This document shows positions 42,812 to 54,039 of a stretch of DNA of 64,000 bases, piece by piece. Within the stretch, counting starts at the first letter, position 1; the number at the start of each line of letters is the position of its first letter. The DNA comes from an uncultured Actinomycetota bacterium. Lineage in GTDB: Bacteria > Actinomycetota > Humimicrobiia > Humimicrobiales > Humimicrobiaceae. The notes under the pieces are model-generated. The model was not told the origin of the DNA. It worked only from the letters and a program-made list of their open reading frames with translations, and did no database searches. The stretch covers positions 6,960 to 70,959 of the forward strand of contig CAZSVM010000005.1 in assembly GCA_964610315.1 (NCBI GenBank), given 5' to 3'. The translations under genes and the position numbers were made by a program.

Positions 42812-44689
42812 ATGGATATTGAAAGGATTACAAAAGAGCAGCTTATAAATAAACTGGTAGAAATGAATCAGAGGATTATTGATCTCAGGAAATATGAAAA
42901 ACAGTCTATAAATTTTAAAGAATTGATAAAAGAAAACGAGGGGAAATACAAGAGCCTGCTGGAAACTAATTCCATAGGTATTATTCTAATAGACAGTAGA
43001 GGAATAATAACCGAATGCAATGATGCCATACTGGATTTTTCAGGTTATTCAAGAGAGGAATTAATCGGTAAGTATTTTACCAGGCGGGTTAATATCAGCA
43101 CCAAAGACATCCCAAAATACCTTGAAATATTCAGGGCCATTTTAGATGGGAAAGAAGTCAGCTCATTTGAAATTACACAGCATAGAGAAAATGGCGATGT
43201 TCTTTTTGGTGAAGTTTATTTTGGCCCCTTAAAAGATAAGGATGATAGAATTATTGGTTTTAAGGTAATTATAAAAGATATCACCGAGCAGAAAAAACTG
43301 GAAAGTAAATTTAAGGAGAGTAAAGAAAAATTTAATACTCTGTTTAAATCCTCCATGGAAGGAATTATCTTTCACGACCATGGAAAAATCCTGGAAGTGA
43401 ATAATGCTTTTAGTGTACTGTTTGGGTGTAGTTCTTCATATGCTGTTGGCCGAAATTTACTGGAATTTATTGCACCTGAGTATAAAGAGTCCATGATGGA
43501 TAAAATAAAATCCGGATATGATCTTTCGTACGAGATTGCCGGGATTAGAAGTACCGGTAGTAAAATATTCCTGGAAGTAAGGGGCAGGCCTGTTATATAC
43601 AATGGCCTGGAGGCAAGAATGGAGATTTTAAATAGTATTAATGAACGGAAGAAAGCGGAAAGAAGAATTAGATATCTCAGTTTTCATGATAAACTGACCG
43701 AACTTTACAATAGAACTTATTTTGAAAAGGTAATGATAAACATTTATAAAGATAGAGATTTTCCCCTGAACTTTATAATTTGTGATCTGAATGGGCTTAA
43801 ACTGGTAAATGATGCCTTTGGTTATAACGAAGGAGACAGGCTATTAAAAAGAGTAGCAAAAATATTAAAATACTGCTCCCGTGAAGAGGATATTATTGCC
43901 AGGTGGGGTGAAGATGAATTTTTTATACTCCTGCCCCGATCTACGGAAAAGGATGTAGAGGAAGTATTGAATAAAATAAAGAAAATCTGCTCAAAGACCA
44001 AGGATCAGAAAATACCTTTGAATATCTCCATAGGTATTTCGACAAGGGAAAACCAGGGTCAAAATTTAAGAGATGTTATTAAAGAAGCTGAAAATAATAT
44101 GTATAAAAACAAATTGCTCAAACGAAAGAGCATATATAATTCCATTATTTTGTCACTGGAAAGAATATTGTGGGAGAAGAACCGTGAAACCAAAGAGCAT
44201 GCAGAGCGCCTCAAGAGTCTGGCACTACAGCTGGGGAATGCCATTAATTTACCGCAAAATAAACTGGATGAGCTGGAATTACTTTCCACTCTTCATGATA
44301 TTGGTAAAGTGGGGATACCCGACAAAATTTTAATGAAGAAGGGAAGATTAACCGCCAGAGAATGGAAGGTTATAAAAAGGCATCCAGAGATAGGCTATAA
44401 GATTGCGGAGTCAACCCCACAAATTGCCTCTATTGCCGATGATATTCTGTCACATCACGAGTGGTGGGATGGGTCCGGTTATCCACAGGGATTGAGGGGA
44501 AGTGAGATACCGATTAATGCCTGTATTGCTTCCATTGTGGATGCTTATGATGTTATGACCTTTGGCAGACATTACAAACCGGCAATTTCCGAAGAAGAGG
44601 CAAAAGAGGAGCTTATCAGATGTTCGGGTGCCCAGTTTAATCCAAAGCTTGTGGAAAAGTTTATTACCTATCGGGAAAAGTTAAATTGA
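42812..44689 (+). CDS. PAS-PAS-GGDEF-HD-GYP c-di-GMP signalling protein
   Basis: HDKLTELYNR, DLNGLKLVND, RWGEDEF, HDIGK, HHEWWDGSGYP. Confidence 0.92.
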   Translation: MDIERITKEQLINKLVEMNQRIIDLRKYEKQSINFKELIKENEGKYKSLLETNSIGIILIDSRGIITECNDAILDFSGYSREELIGKYFTRRVNISTKDIPKYLEIFRAILDGKEVSSFEITQHRENGDVLFGEVYFGPLKDKDDRIIGFKVIIKDITEQKKLESKFKESKEKFNTLFKSSMEGIIFHDHGKILEVNNAFSVLFGCSSSYAVGRNLLEFIAPEYKESMMDKIKSGYDLSYEIAGIRSTGSKIFLEVRGRPVIYNGLEARMEILNSINERKKAERRIRYLSFHDKLTELYNRTYFEKVMINIYKDRDFPLNFIICDLNGLKLVNDAFGYNEGDRLLKRVAKILKYCSREEDIIARWGEDEFFILLPRSTEKDVEEVLNKIKKICSKTKDQKIPLNISIGISTRENQGQNLRDVIKEAENNMYKNKLLKRKSIYNSIILSLERILWEKNRETKEHAERLKSLALQLGNAINLPQNKLDELELLSTLHDIGKVGIPDKILMKKGRLTAREWKVIKRHPEIGYKIAESTPQIASIADDILSHHEWWDGSGYPQGLRGSEIPINACIASIVDAYDVMTFGRHYKPAISEEEAKEELIRCSGAQFNPKLVEKFITYREKLN

Positions 44690-44824
44690 AAGCGGAGAAG
44701 TGTAAATTCATATAAGCTTTGGAGCCCTTCGTAATCTTTTAATTCTTTTAATATAATCTGTGGTATATAACTTTCCTATTTTTTGATTTTAAGAATTAAA
44801 TTAAAAAATTGAGGCGTAAAAAAA

Positions 44825-45766
44825 TTGAGGCGCATATTAACAGTATTAGTTTATGTAATAATAACCGCCATCCTTTTAACAGTGATTCTTATAGGTTGTA
44901 GCCGAATGTCAAATGAGGGTCCCGGGGATGGGAGGATCAAAGTTGCGGTGAGTATACTGCCTCAGGTTGAATTTACAGAAAAAGTAGGAGGTGATAAAGT
45001 GGATGTTACGGTTATGATCCCTCCAGGGGCTAGTCCTCATACCTATGAACTTACTCCCGGACAACTGGAAGAGGTAAGTAAAGCTGAAATGTACGCTAAA
45101 GTTGGTTCCGGAATTGAGTTTGAGTTGGAATGGATGGATAAAATAATTGAACTAAATAAAAAGATGCTGGTAGTAGATTGTGCCAGAGGAGTAAAATTTA
45201 TTGCATCTGATCATAAATATGATGAGCCTTTTATTTATTATGAATATAATGAAATTAACGGAATCAAAGATAGTTTCAGGGGAGTGGACCCTCATATCTG
45301 GCTTTCACCGGCAAATGCAAAAATAATGTCTGAGAATATTTATGAGGGTCTGGTTAAAATAGAACCTCAAAACAGGGAGTATTACAGAAAAAATCTGGAC
45401 AGCTTCATAGCTGAATTAGATAAACTGGATAAAGAAATCAGCCGGATGTTTGAGGGAAAAAAGAATAAAATAATAATGGTTTATCATCCCAATTGGACTT
45501 ATTTCGCATCGGATTACGGTATCGAGCAGATACCTATCGAAGAGGAGGGAAAAGAACCAACCGCTGAGGTTATGAAAAATTTAATAGACCAGGCTGTAAA
45601 ATATAATATTAAAGTAATTTTCGCCTCTCCCCAATTCAGCACCAGAAGTGCCGAAACCCTGGCCAGAGAGATTGGAGGCTCCGTGATTCTGGTAAGTCCA
45701 TTGGAAAAGAATTATATAGAAAATATGAGAAAAACTGCCGAAGCCTTTGCAGAATCTATGGAATAA
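44825..45766 (+). CDS. znuA: Zn/Mn ABC transporter substrate-binding lipoprotein
   Basis: PGASPHTYE, DPHIWLSP, YHPNW. Confidence 0.9.
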   Translation: MRRILTVLVYVIITAILLTVILIGCSRMSNEGPGDGRIKVAVSILPQVEFTEKVGGDKVDVTVMIPPGASPHTYELTPGQLEEVSKAEMYAKVGSGIEFELEWMDKIIELNKKMLVVDCARGVKFIASDHKYDEPFIYYEYNEINGIKDSFRGVDPHIWLSPANAKIMSENIYEGLVKIEPQNREYYRKNLDSFIAELDKLDKEISRMFEGKKNKIIMVYHPNWTYFASDYGIEQIPIEEEGKEPTAEVMKNLIDQAVKYNIKVIFASPQFSTRSAETLAREIGGSVILVSPLEKNYIENMRKTAEAFAESME

Positions 45767-45793
45767 AATTGGGTTATTTTATGGTTAATTAAA

Positions 45794-46549
45794 ATGGAAG
45801 ACAAGGTTATTATAGATTTTAAAAATGTATTTTTCCATTATGGCGAAAGATTGGTGCTGGAAGATATAAGCTTTTCGGTAAAGCAAAATGATTTTATTGC
45901 ATTAATAGGACCCAACGGTGGAGGAAAAACCACCATACTTAGAATTATTCTGGGTCTGCTTAGGCCGGAGAGAGGAAGAGTAAAAGTTTTTGACAGCGAG
46001 CCCCGGGAGGGTAGAAAATCAATTGGTTACTTACCGCAAAGTATCTTTTTTGATTTGAATTTTCCCATTAACGTATTCGATGCCGTTATTATGGGAAGAT
46101 ACAGGGGACCGCTGCAAAAATATACGGAAAAGGATAAAAGAGCGGTATTAGATGCCCTGGCAACTGTAGGAATGCTTGAATATAAAAACAGACACATAAG
46201 TATGCTTTCAGGAGGCCAGCTGCAAAGAGTACTTATAGCCAGAGCTATTGTGAGAGAACCGAAACTGCTTTTACTTGACGAGCCTATGAGCAGCGTGGAC
46301 CCTGAAACTCAGAAATCGATTTATGAGCTATTCCAGGAATTAAACAGGAAAATGGCTGTTATATTCGTAACCCATGATATTGGTGCCATATCAGCCTATA
46401 TCGATAGGGTTTTTTGCCTTAACCGTAAACTTTATTATCACGGACCCAGGGAAGGCAGCCTGGGCAAGCTTGAGGAAGCTTACCGATGCCCGGTTGAAAT
46501 ACTGGCTCACGGAATACCGCATAGAGTTCTGGGGAGGCATAAGAAGTAA
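45794..46549 (+). CDS. znuC: Zn ABC transporter ATPase
   Basis: [23 protein letters not shown]-terminal HGIPHR. Confidence 0.9.
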   Translation: MEDKVIIDFKNVFFHYGERLVLEDISFSVKQNDFIALIGPNGGGKTTILRIILGLLRPERGRVKVFDSEPREGRKSIGYLPQSIFFDLNFPINVFDAVIMGRYRGPLQKYTEKDKRAVLDALATVGMLEYKNRHISMLSGGQLQRVLIARAIVREPKLLLLDEPMSSVDPETQKSIYELFQELNRKMAVIFVTHDIGAISAYIDRVFCLNRKLYYHGPREGSLGKLEEAYRCPVEILAHGIPHRVLGRHKK

Positions 46550-47391
46550 TGGAATTTTTCCAATATGAATTTATGAGGAATGCTTTAATAGCTGCAGTGC
46601 TGGTTAATATAGCCTGCGGTATCGTGGGCACCTATGTAGTCATAAAAAAGATAGTATTTATCAGCGGGGGTATCTCGCATGCAGCTTTCGGAGGTATTGG
46701 GCTGGGCTACTTTCTGGGAGTAAATCCAATTATAACCGCCATTCCTTTTAGTTTGTTTTCTGCACTTGCTATTGGATTTATAAGTAAAAAAAGCAAGTTA
46801 AGCGAGGATTCGGCCATAGGGATAATCTGGGCATTGGGAATGGCAATGGGTATTATTTTTATCAATTTGACTCCCGGTTACGCACCGGATCTTTTTAGTT
46901 ACTTATTTGGGAATATTCTTACCATTCCTGTAAATGATTTATATATTATGCTTGCACTGGATTTAATAATTATTTTAGTTATTGCTTTATTCTTCAAAGA
47001 ATTTTATTCCATTTCCTTTGATGAGGAATTTTCGATGGTTACAGGCATTCCCAATGAAATTTTATATCTGGTACTTCTCTGCATGGTGGCTTTGAGTGTA
47101 GTTATCCTTATTAGAATCGTGGGTATTATCCTGGTCATCGCTCTGCTTACAATACCATCATCAATATGCAGGCAGTTCACTTACAATATAAAAAAATTAA
47201 TAATCAGTTCCATTATTGTTGGAATTATTTTAACCACAGCGGGCCTGTGGATTTCATATCTTCTGAACCTGGCATCGGGAGCAACTATAATTATCCTTTT
47301 AGTGGTAGTATTTATTTTCTCTTTTTTCGTAAAAAGGGTTTTTAAAGCCATAAGACAGCTAAAAAGTAAAAATAGAGCTTCATCTTTTTAA
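46549..47391 (+). CDS. znuB: Zn ABC transporter permease
   Basis: [24 protein letters not shown]. Confidence 0.9.
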   Translation: MEFFQYEFMRNALIAAVLVNIACGIVGTYVVIKKIVFISGGISHAAFGGIGLGYFLGVNPIITAIPFSLFSALAIGFISKKSKLSEDSAIGIIWALGMAMGIIFINLTPGYAPDLFSYLFGNILTIPVNDLYIMLALDLIIILVIALFFKEFYSISFDEEFSMVTGIPNEILYLVLLCMVALSVVILIRIVGIILVIALLTIPSSICRQFTYNIKKLIISSIIVGIILTTAGLWISYLLNLASGATIIILLVVVFIFSFFVKRVFKAIRQLKSKNRASSF

Positions 47392-47414
47392 ATTAACCAA
47401 GGGACATATTCATA

Positions 47415-49943
47415 ATGAACTCCGGCTTGTTTGACTATCTTAAAAAAAATATAAAATCAAAAAATAGATACTTTTGCTACCATGGGAAATACCGTACGTC
47501 AATATGGGATTTCGGGAAAGTGCATGACTATGCAAAGAAATTTGCAGCACTTCTTCGCCAATTGGATATTAAAAAGGGTGATAGAGTTATAATAAAGGGG
47601 CAGAATCGCCCGGAATGGATAATTGTTTTTTTGGGATGTCTGCAGGAGGGAGTAGTGGCGGTACCTCTTGACGTAAATTCCGGTTCCGAATTTGAAAAAA
47701 GAGTTCAGGCCAAAGTAAAATCTAAATTGAAGATCTATGACGGTATCCAAAAAAAATCTTCCCACGTTAGATCCATTAATATGGAGGATATTGAGGAAAT
47801 TCTTTCCCCTATTCAGCCTGCGGCTGGCATAAATGCAGATATTCATTCTGACGATTTAGCCCAGATTATTTTTACTTCGGGTACTACAGCCAAACCCAAG
47901 GGTGTGATGGTCACCCATGGAAATATCGAATCTAATTTAAAATCCATCCAGCCGGTTATGGACAGGTGGAAAAAATTCTTTCGCCTCATGTGGAATCTGA
48001 AAATTTTATCGGTTGTTCCTCTCAGTCATATGTATGGACAATTAATAGGAATATATATACCCCTAATGATAAACGGTTCCATAGTTTTTATGGATAGTAT
48101 AAATCCGGTAGAAATTTTAAAGGCAATAAGAAAAGAGAGAATCTGGATTCTGGGAACACTCCCCAAGATTCTTGAAATGTTAAAGGATCATATAACTAAA
48201 AAATTCAATCTTGACAGTGAAAAATTTAAGAAAAAGTACAAAAGATTCCAGAAAATTAAATGGCCGCTTAGGTTTCTGGCATTTATAAATATTCATTTGA
48301 GAATCGGCTGGAGATTGGTAGCTATAGTTGTGGGTGGAGCCGCTTTCGATAAGAATATGGATGAGTTCTGGAGATGTATAGCATATACTATTTTTCAGGG
48401 TTACGGATTAACTGAAACAGCACCGCTTATAACTCTGGCTGATCCTGCATGGGTAGGTGCGGGATCTATCGGGAGGGCACTGTCGGGATTGCAGATTCGG
48501 CTGGTAAATGGAGAGATATATGTAAAGGGAAACAATGTGACTCCCGGTTATTTTGGAAATACTTCACTTACCCGGAAAGCCTTTTCCGGGGAATGGTTTA
48601 AAACCGGGGATCTGGCTGAAATGGATAAAAACGGTAATCTTTTCTTTAGAGGCAGGAAAGATGCGGTTATAGTAAGGGAAGATGGTTTGAATATTTATCC
48701 TGAAGATATCGAGTCCGTGCTGAAAGCATTTAATTCAGTAAAGGATTGTGTGGTTTTGGGATTAAAAGAGGGGAAAAATCTGGAAATCCATGCCGTATTA
48801 ATGCTGGAAGACAACTCAAGAGAAGATCCTCGGGAAATAATAGAGAAAGCAAATAAAAAGTTAAATGTATATCAGCATATAAACAGTTACAGTATATGGC
48901 AGGGAGATGATTTTCCAAGAACCGCTACCAAAAAAATAAAAAGAGATGAAGTGCAGGCGATTCTGTCCGCGCATCAAAAACAAAAAACAAGTCCGGAGAG
49001 AGAATCTTTAAAAGATTCCGGAACGGTACTGGAAGTTATAAAAAGTTTGGACAAGGTTAAACCGGAAAGCATCAGGAAAGATTCTCAGCTTGAAAAAGAC
49101 CTGGGGCTGGATTCTCTCGATCTGGTACAGCTTTCAGGTATGATTGAGGAAAAATATGGTGTAGAAGTGGATGATTCTTATATAAGCAGGGATACTACCG
49201 TTAGCGAACTGGAAAATTTAATTAAATCTCCGAAGGAAAGTTCCGGGAAATTACCCTTTTATAGCTTTCCGTTCTGGTTTCCTGTCCGCATTATTAGAAC
49301 TGTTTTCCAGTATATTTTATATCCTTTTACCCTTTTGGTTTGCAGGATGGAAGTCAGAGGAAAGGAGAATTTAAAAGATTTTAAGAAATCTGTCGTATTT
49401 GCAGCAAATCACACCAGTATTCTGGATACGTTCGTGATTCTTTATTCCTTACCTCTAAGAATTCGCCGAAAGGTTGTTGTACTGATGTCCATAGAATATC
49501 ATTTCAAACATTTTTTCTATCATTCAGGTCCGTGGTGGAGAAGAGCAGCGGAAGCAATGGGGTTTTATCTTCTGGTAAATTTATTTATTAATGCTTCTCC
49601 TCTGTCCAGAACTCATGGATTCAGGCAGGTTCTGGAAAATACCGGCGGGCTGCTGGACAGGGGTTGGTCTGTATTAATTTATCCCGAGGGGAGAGTTACT
49701 ACCGACGGCAGCATAAAAAGATTTGAATTTGGAATAGGAGTAATAGCACTGGATATGAAAGTACCGGTAATCCCGGTAAGAGTCAAAGGACTTTTCAATA
49801 TTTTAAGAAATGGAGTCCTTCCCTGGGGTCACCTTCCAAAATGGCCTCTTATAAAAGTTAGTTTTGGCAGGCCGTTAAAATTTAAGAAAAAGAGTTATCA
49901 AGAGGCAACGGCCGTAATTGAAAGGAAAGTAAGGTCGCTTTGA
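47415..49943 (+). CDS. Acyl-AMP ligase + ACP + PlsC-type acyltransferase fusion (Aas-like)
   Basis: FTSGTTAKPKG, GYGLTE, LGLDSLD (Ppant Ser), NHTSILD, YPEG. Confidence 0.9.
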   Translation: MNSGLFDYLKKNIKSKNRYFCYHGKYRTSIWDFGKVHDYAKKFAALLRQLDIKKGDRVIIKGQNRPEWIIVFLGCLQEGVVAVPLDVNSGSEFEKRVQAKVKSKLKIYDGIQKKSSHVRSINMEDIEEILSPIQPAAGINADIHSDDLAQIIFTSGTTAKPKGVMVTHGNIESNLKSIQPVMDRWKKFFRLMWNLKILSVVPLSHMYGQLIGIYIPLMINGSIVFMDSINPVEILKAIRKERIWILGTLPKILEMLKDHITKKFNLDSEKFKKKYKRFQKIKWPLRFLAFINIHLRIGWRLVAIVVGGAAFDKNMDEFWRCIAYTIFQGYGLTETAPLITLADPAWVGAGSIGRALSGLQIRLVNGEIYVKGNNVTPGYFGNTSLTRKAFSGEWFKTGDLAEMDKNGNLFFRGRKDAVIVREDGLNIYPEDIESVLKAFNSVKDCVVLGLKEGKNLEIHAVLMLEDNSREDPREIIEKANKKLNVYQHINSYSIWQGDDFPRTATKKIKRDEVQAILSAHQKQKTSPERESLKDSGTVLEVIKSLDKVKPESIRKDSQLEKDLGLDSLDLVQLSGMIEEKYGVEVDDSYISRDTTVSELENLIKSPKESSGKLPFYSFPFWFPVRIIRTVFQYILYPFTLLVCRMEVRGKENLKDFKKSVVFAANHTSILDTFVILYSLPLRIRRKVVVLMSIEYHFKHFFYHSGPWWRRAAEAMGFYLLVNLFINASPLSRTHGFRQVLENTGGLLDRGWSVLIYPEGRVTTDGSIKRFEFGIGVIALDMKVPVIPVRVKGLFNILRNGVLPWGHLPKWPLIKVSFGRPLKFKKKSYQEATAVIERKVRSL

Positions 49944-50051
49944 GTCTGGTACCCTCTTTTTAAATTTACACTCACTTCCCGGAGGAATATAATAAAATAA
50001 TTAGTCAGATCGAAATAATAAAATAATGTTGAAATGGTAAGGGAGGTTGAA

Positions 50052-50426
50052 ATGACTGAAAGGTTACAGATTTATAAATGTGAGATTTGCGGGAATATTG
50101 TTGAGGTTCTCAATAGCGGTGCAGGTGAACTGGTTTGCTGCGGTCAGCCTATGAAATTATATAAAGAAAATACGGTTGACGCTGCCCTGGAAAAACATGT
50201 ATCGGTAATTGAAAAAACCGGTACCGGATTCAAGGTCAAAGTCGGAAGGATTGCCCACCCTATGATAAGTGAACATTATATCCAATGGATTGAAGTAATA
50301 GCAGACGGAACCAGTTACAGAAAATTCTTAAGTCCGGGAGATGAACCGGAAGCTGAATTCTGTATAAAAGCTGATAATTTAACCGCCAGAGAGTACTGCA
50401 ATATTCACGGATTGTGGAAGAGTTAG
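50052..50426 (+). CDS. dfx: Desulfoferrodoxin (2Fe superoxide reductase)
   Basis: CEICGN...[21 protein letters not shown]. Confidence 0.95.
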   Translation: MTERLQIYKCEICGNIVEVLNSGAGELVCCGQPMKLYKENTVDAALEKHVSVIEKTGTGFKVKVGRIAHPMISEHYIQWIEVIADGTSYRKFLSPGDEPEAEFCIKADNLTAREYCNIHGLWKS

Positions 50427-50526
50427 GGAAGAGTAAAAGCAAATCGGATTTAAATTAAAAAATTATATCTTCACCTTATGGTGTAAGGTGTGATAATATT
50501 CAATACTAAAAAAAGGATTGGTTTAA

Positions 50527-51714
50527 ATGAGTATAAAGAAAATTAAGGAAAATATTTATTTTGTGGGAGCACTGGATCCGGATAGAAAATTATTCGATGA
50601 ATTGATACCGCTGCCGGACGGAACTTCATACAATTCTTATTTAATTAAGGGGTCGGAAAAAATTGCTCTGCTTGATAGTGTGGATCCGCCAATGTACCCT
50701 GTTCTGAAGGATAATCTTAAAGAGCTGGGACTAAACAGCATAGATTATATTGTATCGCATCATGCGGAACAGGACCATTCGGGTTCTCTACCGGAACTGG
50801 TAAAAGATTATCCCGGGGCTAAAATTATAACTAATGAGAAATGTAAATCGATGCTTATTGATTTGCTTTTGATTCCTGATGAAAAATTTTTGGTTATTGG
50901 AGACGGAGATACCATTTCTCTTGGTGACAAGACACTACAATTTATTTTTACTCCCTGGGTTCACTGGCCGGAAACAATGTCTACTTATCTTAAGGAAGAT
51001 AGGATACTTTTCAGCTGTGATTTTTTCGGTTCTCATTATGCCACTGATGAATTATTTGTAAAAGACGAAAATAAAATATATAAAGCCGCCAAGCGGTACT
51101 ATGCAGAAATTATGATGCCTTTCAGGAATAATATAATAAAAAATCTGGAGAAAATTAAAGATCTGGATATAGAGATTATCGCTCCCAGTCATGGCCAGGT
51201 TTATGGTAATATAAATTTTATCGTGGACGCTTATAAAGATTGGTCTTCCGATAAGGTTAAAAACGAAGTCATAATACCTTATATATCCATGCATGGCAGT
51301 ACCCAAAAAATGGTTGAATATTTTAAGGAATCCCTGGTTAAAAAAGGAATTACAGTCAAGGTTTTCCATCTTACCGATTCCGATGTAGGGGAGCTTGCCA
51401 TGGCTCTGGTTGATGCAGCTACGGTGGTAATCGCAACCCCCACCGTACTTGCCGGTCCCCATCCCAATATGGTTTATGCGGCCTATCTGGTAAAAGCGTT
51501 GAGACCGAAACTAAAATATATTTCAATTATCGGTTCATATGGGTGGGGTGGAAAAACTGTGGATATGCTTTCGGATATGGTATCTACTTTAAAAGCGGAG
51601 ATCATAGAGCCGGTGATTATAAAAGGATATCCCAAAGAAACTGATTTTAAATTACTTGACGAGCTGGCAGAAAAAATAAGCAGCAGGCACAGAGAAATTT
51701 CCGCAGCAGATTAG
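50527..51714 (+). CDS. fprA: Flavodiiron protein (FprA type)
   Basis: GTSYNSY, HAEQDHSG, HWPE, SCDFFG, SMHGST, GSYGWG. Confidence 0.94.
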   Translation: MSIKKIKENIYFVGALDPDRKLFDELIPLPDGTSYNSYLIKGSEKIALLDSVDPPMYPVLKDNLKELGLNSIDYIVSHHAEQDHSGSLPELVKDYPGAKIITNEKCKSMLIDLLLIPDEKFLVIGDGDTISLGDKTLQFIFTPWVHWPETMSTYLKEDRILFSCDFFGSHYATDELFVKDENKIYKAAKRYYAEIMMPFRNNIIKNLEKIKDLDIEIIAPSHGQVYGNINFIVDAYKDWSSDKVKNEVIIPYISMHGSTQKMVEYFKESLVKKGITVKVFHLTDSDVGELAMALVDAATVVIATPTVLAGPHPNMVYAAYLVKALRPKLKYISIIGSYGWGGKTVDMLSDMVSTLKAEIIEPVIIKGYPKETDFKLLDELAEKISSRHREISAAD

Positions 51715-51788
51715 CCAGAAGGCAGTGGTTTGCGGAAAATAGGAAAAAAAATAAAAATAAAAAAAGGAATCAATTGGTTATAAGGTAG

Positions 51789-52616
51789 ATGGGGCTCAAA
51801 AGAGAGCTTGATAAATTATATCTGGAATATAATCATAGAAAGTTTGTCCATCCCGATCCTCTGGAATTTTTATATAATTATAATAATATAGAGGATCGTG
51901 AAATCGTCGGTCTGGTTGCTTCTGCGTTGGCATATGGACGGGTGATTCAAATACTTAAGAGTGTATCACTGGTGCTGAGTAAAATGATACCCTACCCTTC
52001 TGTTTTTATAAGAAAATCATCTCCCGATCTGATTTGTAACAGTTTTAAGGATTTTAAGCACAGATTTACAACCGGGGGTGAATTATGCTGCCTGCTAACC
52101 GGTATAAAAAATACCCTGGAAAAATACGGATCTTTAAATAATTGTTTCCTGGAAGGTTTAAGGATTAAAGGCAAAACCTGGAAAAAGACCGGTGAGATAG
52201 ACCAGGAAGGAAGCCGGGAAGAGACCATTCTTCCCGCTGCCTTGTATTTTTTAAAAAATCTTAATACCTTTGCAGGAATAAAATGTAACAGTCTTATGCC
52301 CTCTCCCACAGGAGGCAGTGCATTTAAGAGATTGAATCTTTACCTGCGCTGGATGGTGCGTAAGGATAATGTAGACCCAGGCGGTTGGACCGGTATTCCA
52401 GCATCCAGATTAATTATTCCGCTGGATACTCATATATACAGGATTTCGGTAAAACTGGGATTTACTAGAAGAAAACAGGCAGATATCAAAACTGCTATAG
52501 AGATAACCAATACTTTAAAGGAGTTCGATAAAAACGATCCGGTTAAATATGATTTTGTTTTAACCAGATTGGGAATGAACAGAATAGAAGAGGTTCTCTT
52601 AAAAAAAATTATTTAA
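51789..52616 (+). CDS. TIGR02757 family (HhH-GPD-like) protein
   Basis: DPL.F, LAYGRV, KRLNLYLRWMVRKD.VD.G.W, PLDTH, DPVKYDF. Confidence 0.9.
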   Translation: MGLKRELDKLYLEYNHRKFVHPDPLEFLYNYNNIEDREIVGLVASALAYGRVIQILKSVSLVLSKMIPYPSVFIRKSSPDLICNSFKDFKHRFTTGGELCCLLTGIKNTLEKYGSLNNCFLEGLRIKGKTWKKTGEIDQEGSREETILPAALYFLKNLNTFAGIKCNSLMPSPTGGSAFKRLNLYLRWMVRKDNVDPGGWTGIPASRLIIPLDTHIYRISVKLGFTRRKQADIKTAIEITNTLKEFDKNDPVKYDFVLTRLGMNRIEEVLLKKII

Positions 52617-52709
52617 TGTTTTTAACCTTCTTAGAATAATTGTATAATAATGGGAAGCTTTAAAACTTTATATAGCATTGATGTAAATTAATTTTATAAG
52701 GAGTGGGCA

Positions 52710-53978
52710 ATGGCAAGAAAAATACTTACCAAATCCAGGTATTTTTTAATGGTGGTTCTGATCGGAGTTCTGGTTATAACTCTTTTCCCTACCGCTCTTG
52801 ATGGCGGATCGGCAGAACAGGTACAGAGTTTTGTTACCCGTTTCTATGTCCAGTGCCTGGAAAGGCAACCTGACCTTGATGGGCTAAATGAATGGGTTGG
52901 CCGGCTTCTGAATGGTTCCAAAACAGGAGCAGATGTTGCGGAAGGTTTTGTTTTTAGTGAAGAGTTTTTAAGTCATAATCATTCAAATGAAGCATTTGTT
53001 ACCATACTTTACCAGGCATTTTTTAATCGGGAACCAGATACCAGCGGCTATAACACCTGGTTGGAGAGGTTGGCCGGAGGAATGAGCCGAAAATCGGTCC
53101 TGGATGGATTTTTAAAATCACAGGAGTTTGCCGAGCTCTGTAATGATTATGGAATTATACCCTATGCCGGGGCATCGACAAGTACTTCTTCTTCCACTTA
53201 TTCCGGCTATGGTTCCGGTGTTGCTGCCAGCTTTAATGCAGGAAGAAAAGTTAATTTTATGGTGTGGGGAGATGATAGTGCCCATGACAGAGCCGGGGGC
53301 AGGATTAGCGGCAGAACCGATATCAATATATTTGTACATTTAAATCTTGATACCCGAAAAGCATATCTGGTTACCATACCGCGTGATACCTGGTTCGGCG
53401 GACGCAAAATTAATGGTTATCATGCTACAGGTGGTAATGATTATGCGGTAAGCAAATTTGAGCAGTTTACCGGAGCGAAAATCGATTTTTATGTAATAAC
53501 TGATTTTGATGGGTTTATTCCTCTTGTTGATTATTTCGGAGGGGTAGATACTACGGTTGAGGAAAATATAGCGGACTCATTTTCAGGATGTTACTTAACT
53601 CCCGGAACGCATCATATAAATGGCACTCAGGCACTTGCTCTAAGCAGGGCAAGACATGGCAGATCTCTTTACGGTGGAGGAGCTTATGCCAGGGAGAGAC
53701 AATCTGCTATGCTTCTGGCTGATCTGCTTCTGCAAAAAAGATCGATGGTAAACTCTGGAAATCTGGCTAATTTCTTGAATACTATGGGGCAGTATGTCTG
53801 GACCAATATATCATTGAGCCAGGCTGCACAGGTGCTCCCGGTAATTCTTTCCCTGAACAGAGGAGATATTACTATAACCACTTTTAATTCATGGCCTCAG
53901 TGGTTCGGAAATTCAAGTGCTGTCGGTTATAACGAAGCGGAAAAGAATCAGTTTTTCAGGAATATTTTAAATCAATAA
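52710..53978 (+). CDS. DUF4214 + LytR-CpsA-Psr (LCP) domain protein
   Basis: FVTRFY..CL.R.PD..GL..W repeats; GRTD, IPRDT, ALALSRAR, RERQ. Confidence 0.85.
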   Translation: MARKILTKSRYFLMVVLIGVLVITLFPTALDGGSAEQVQSFVTRFYVQCLERQPDLDGLNEWVGRLLNGSKTGADVAEGFVFSEEFLSHNHSNEAFVTILYQAFFNREPDTSGYNTWLERLAGGMSRKSVLDGFLKSQEFAELCNDYGIIPYAGASTSTSSSTYSGYGSGVAASFNAGRKVNFMVWGDDSAHDRAGGRISGRTDINIFVHLNLDTRKAYLVTIPRDTWFGGRKINGYHATGGNDYAVSKFEQFTGAKIDFYVITDFDGFIPLVDYFGGVDTTVEENIADSFSGCYLTPGTHHINGTQALALSRARHGRSLYGGGAYARERQSAMLLADLLLQKRSMVNSGNLANFLNTMGQYVWTNISLSQAAQVLPVILSLNRGDITITTFNSWPQWFGNSSAVGYNEAEKNQFFRNILNQ

Positions 53979-54039
53979 AATCAATAATTAATAAATTTAT
54001 AAGTTATATTTAATATTGGAAATATAATGATTTAAGATC

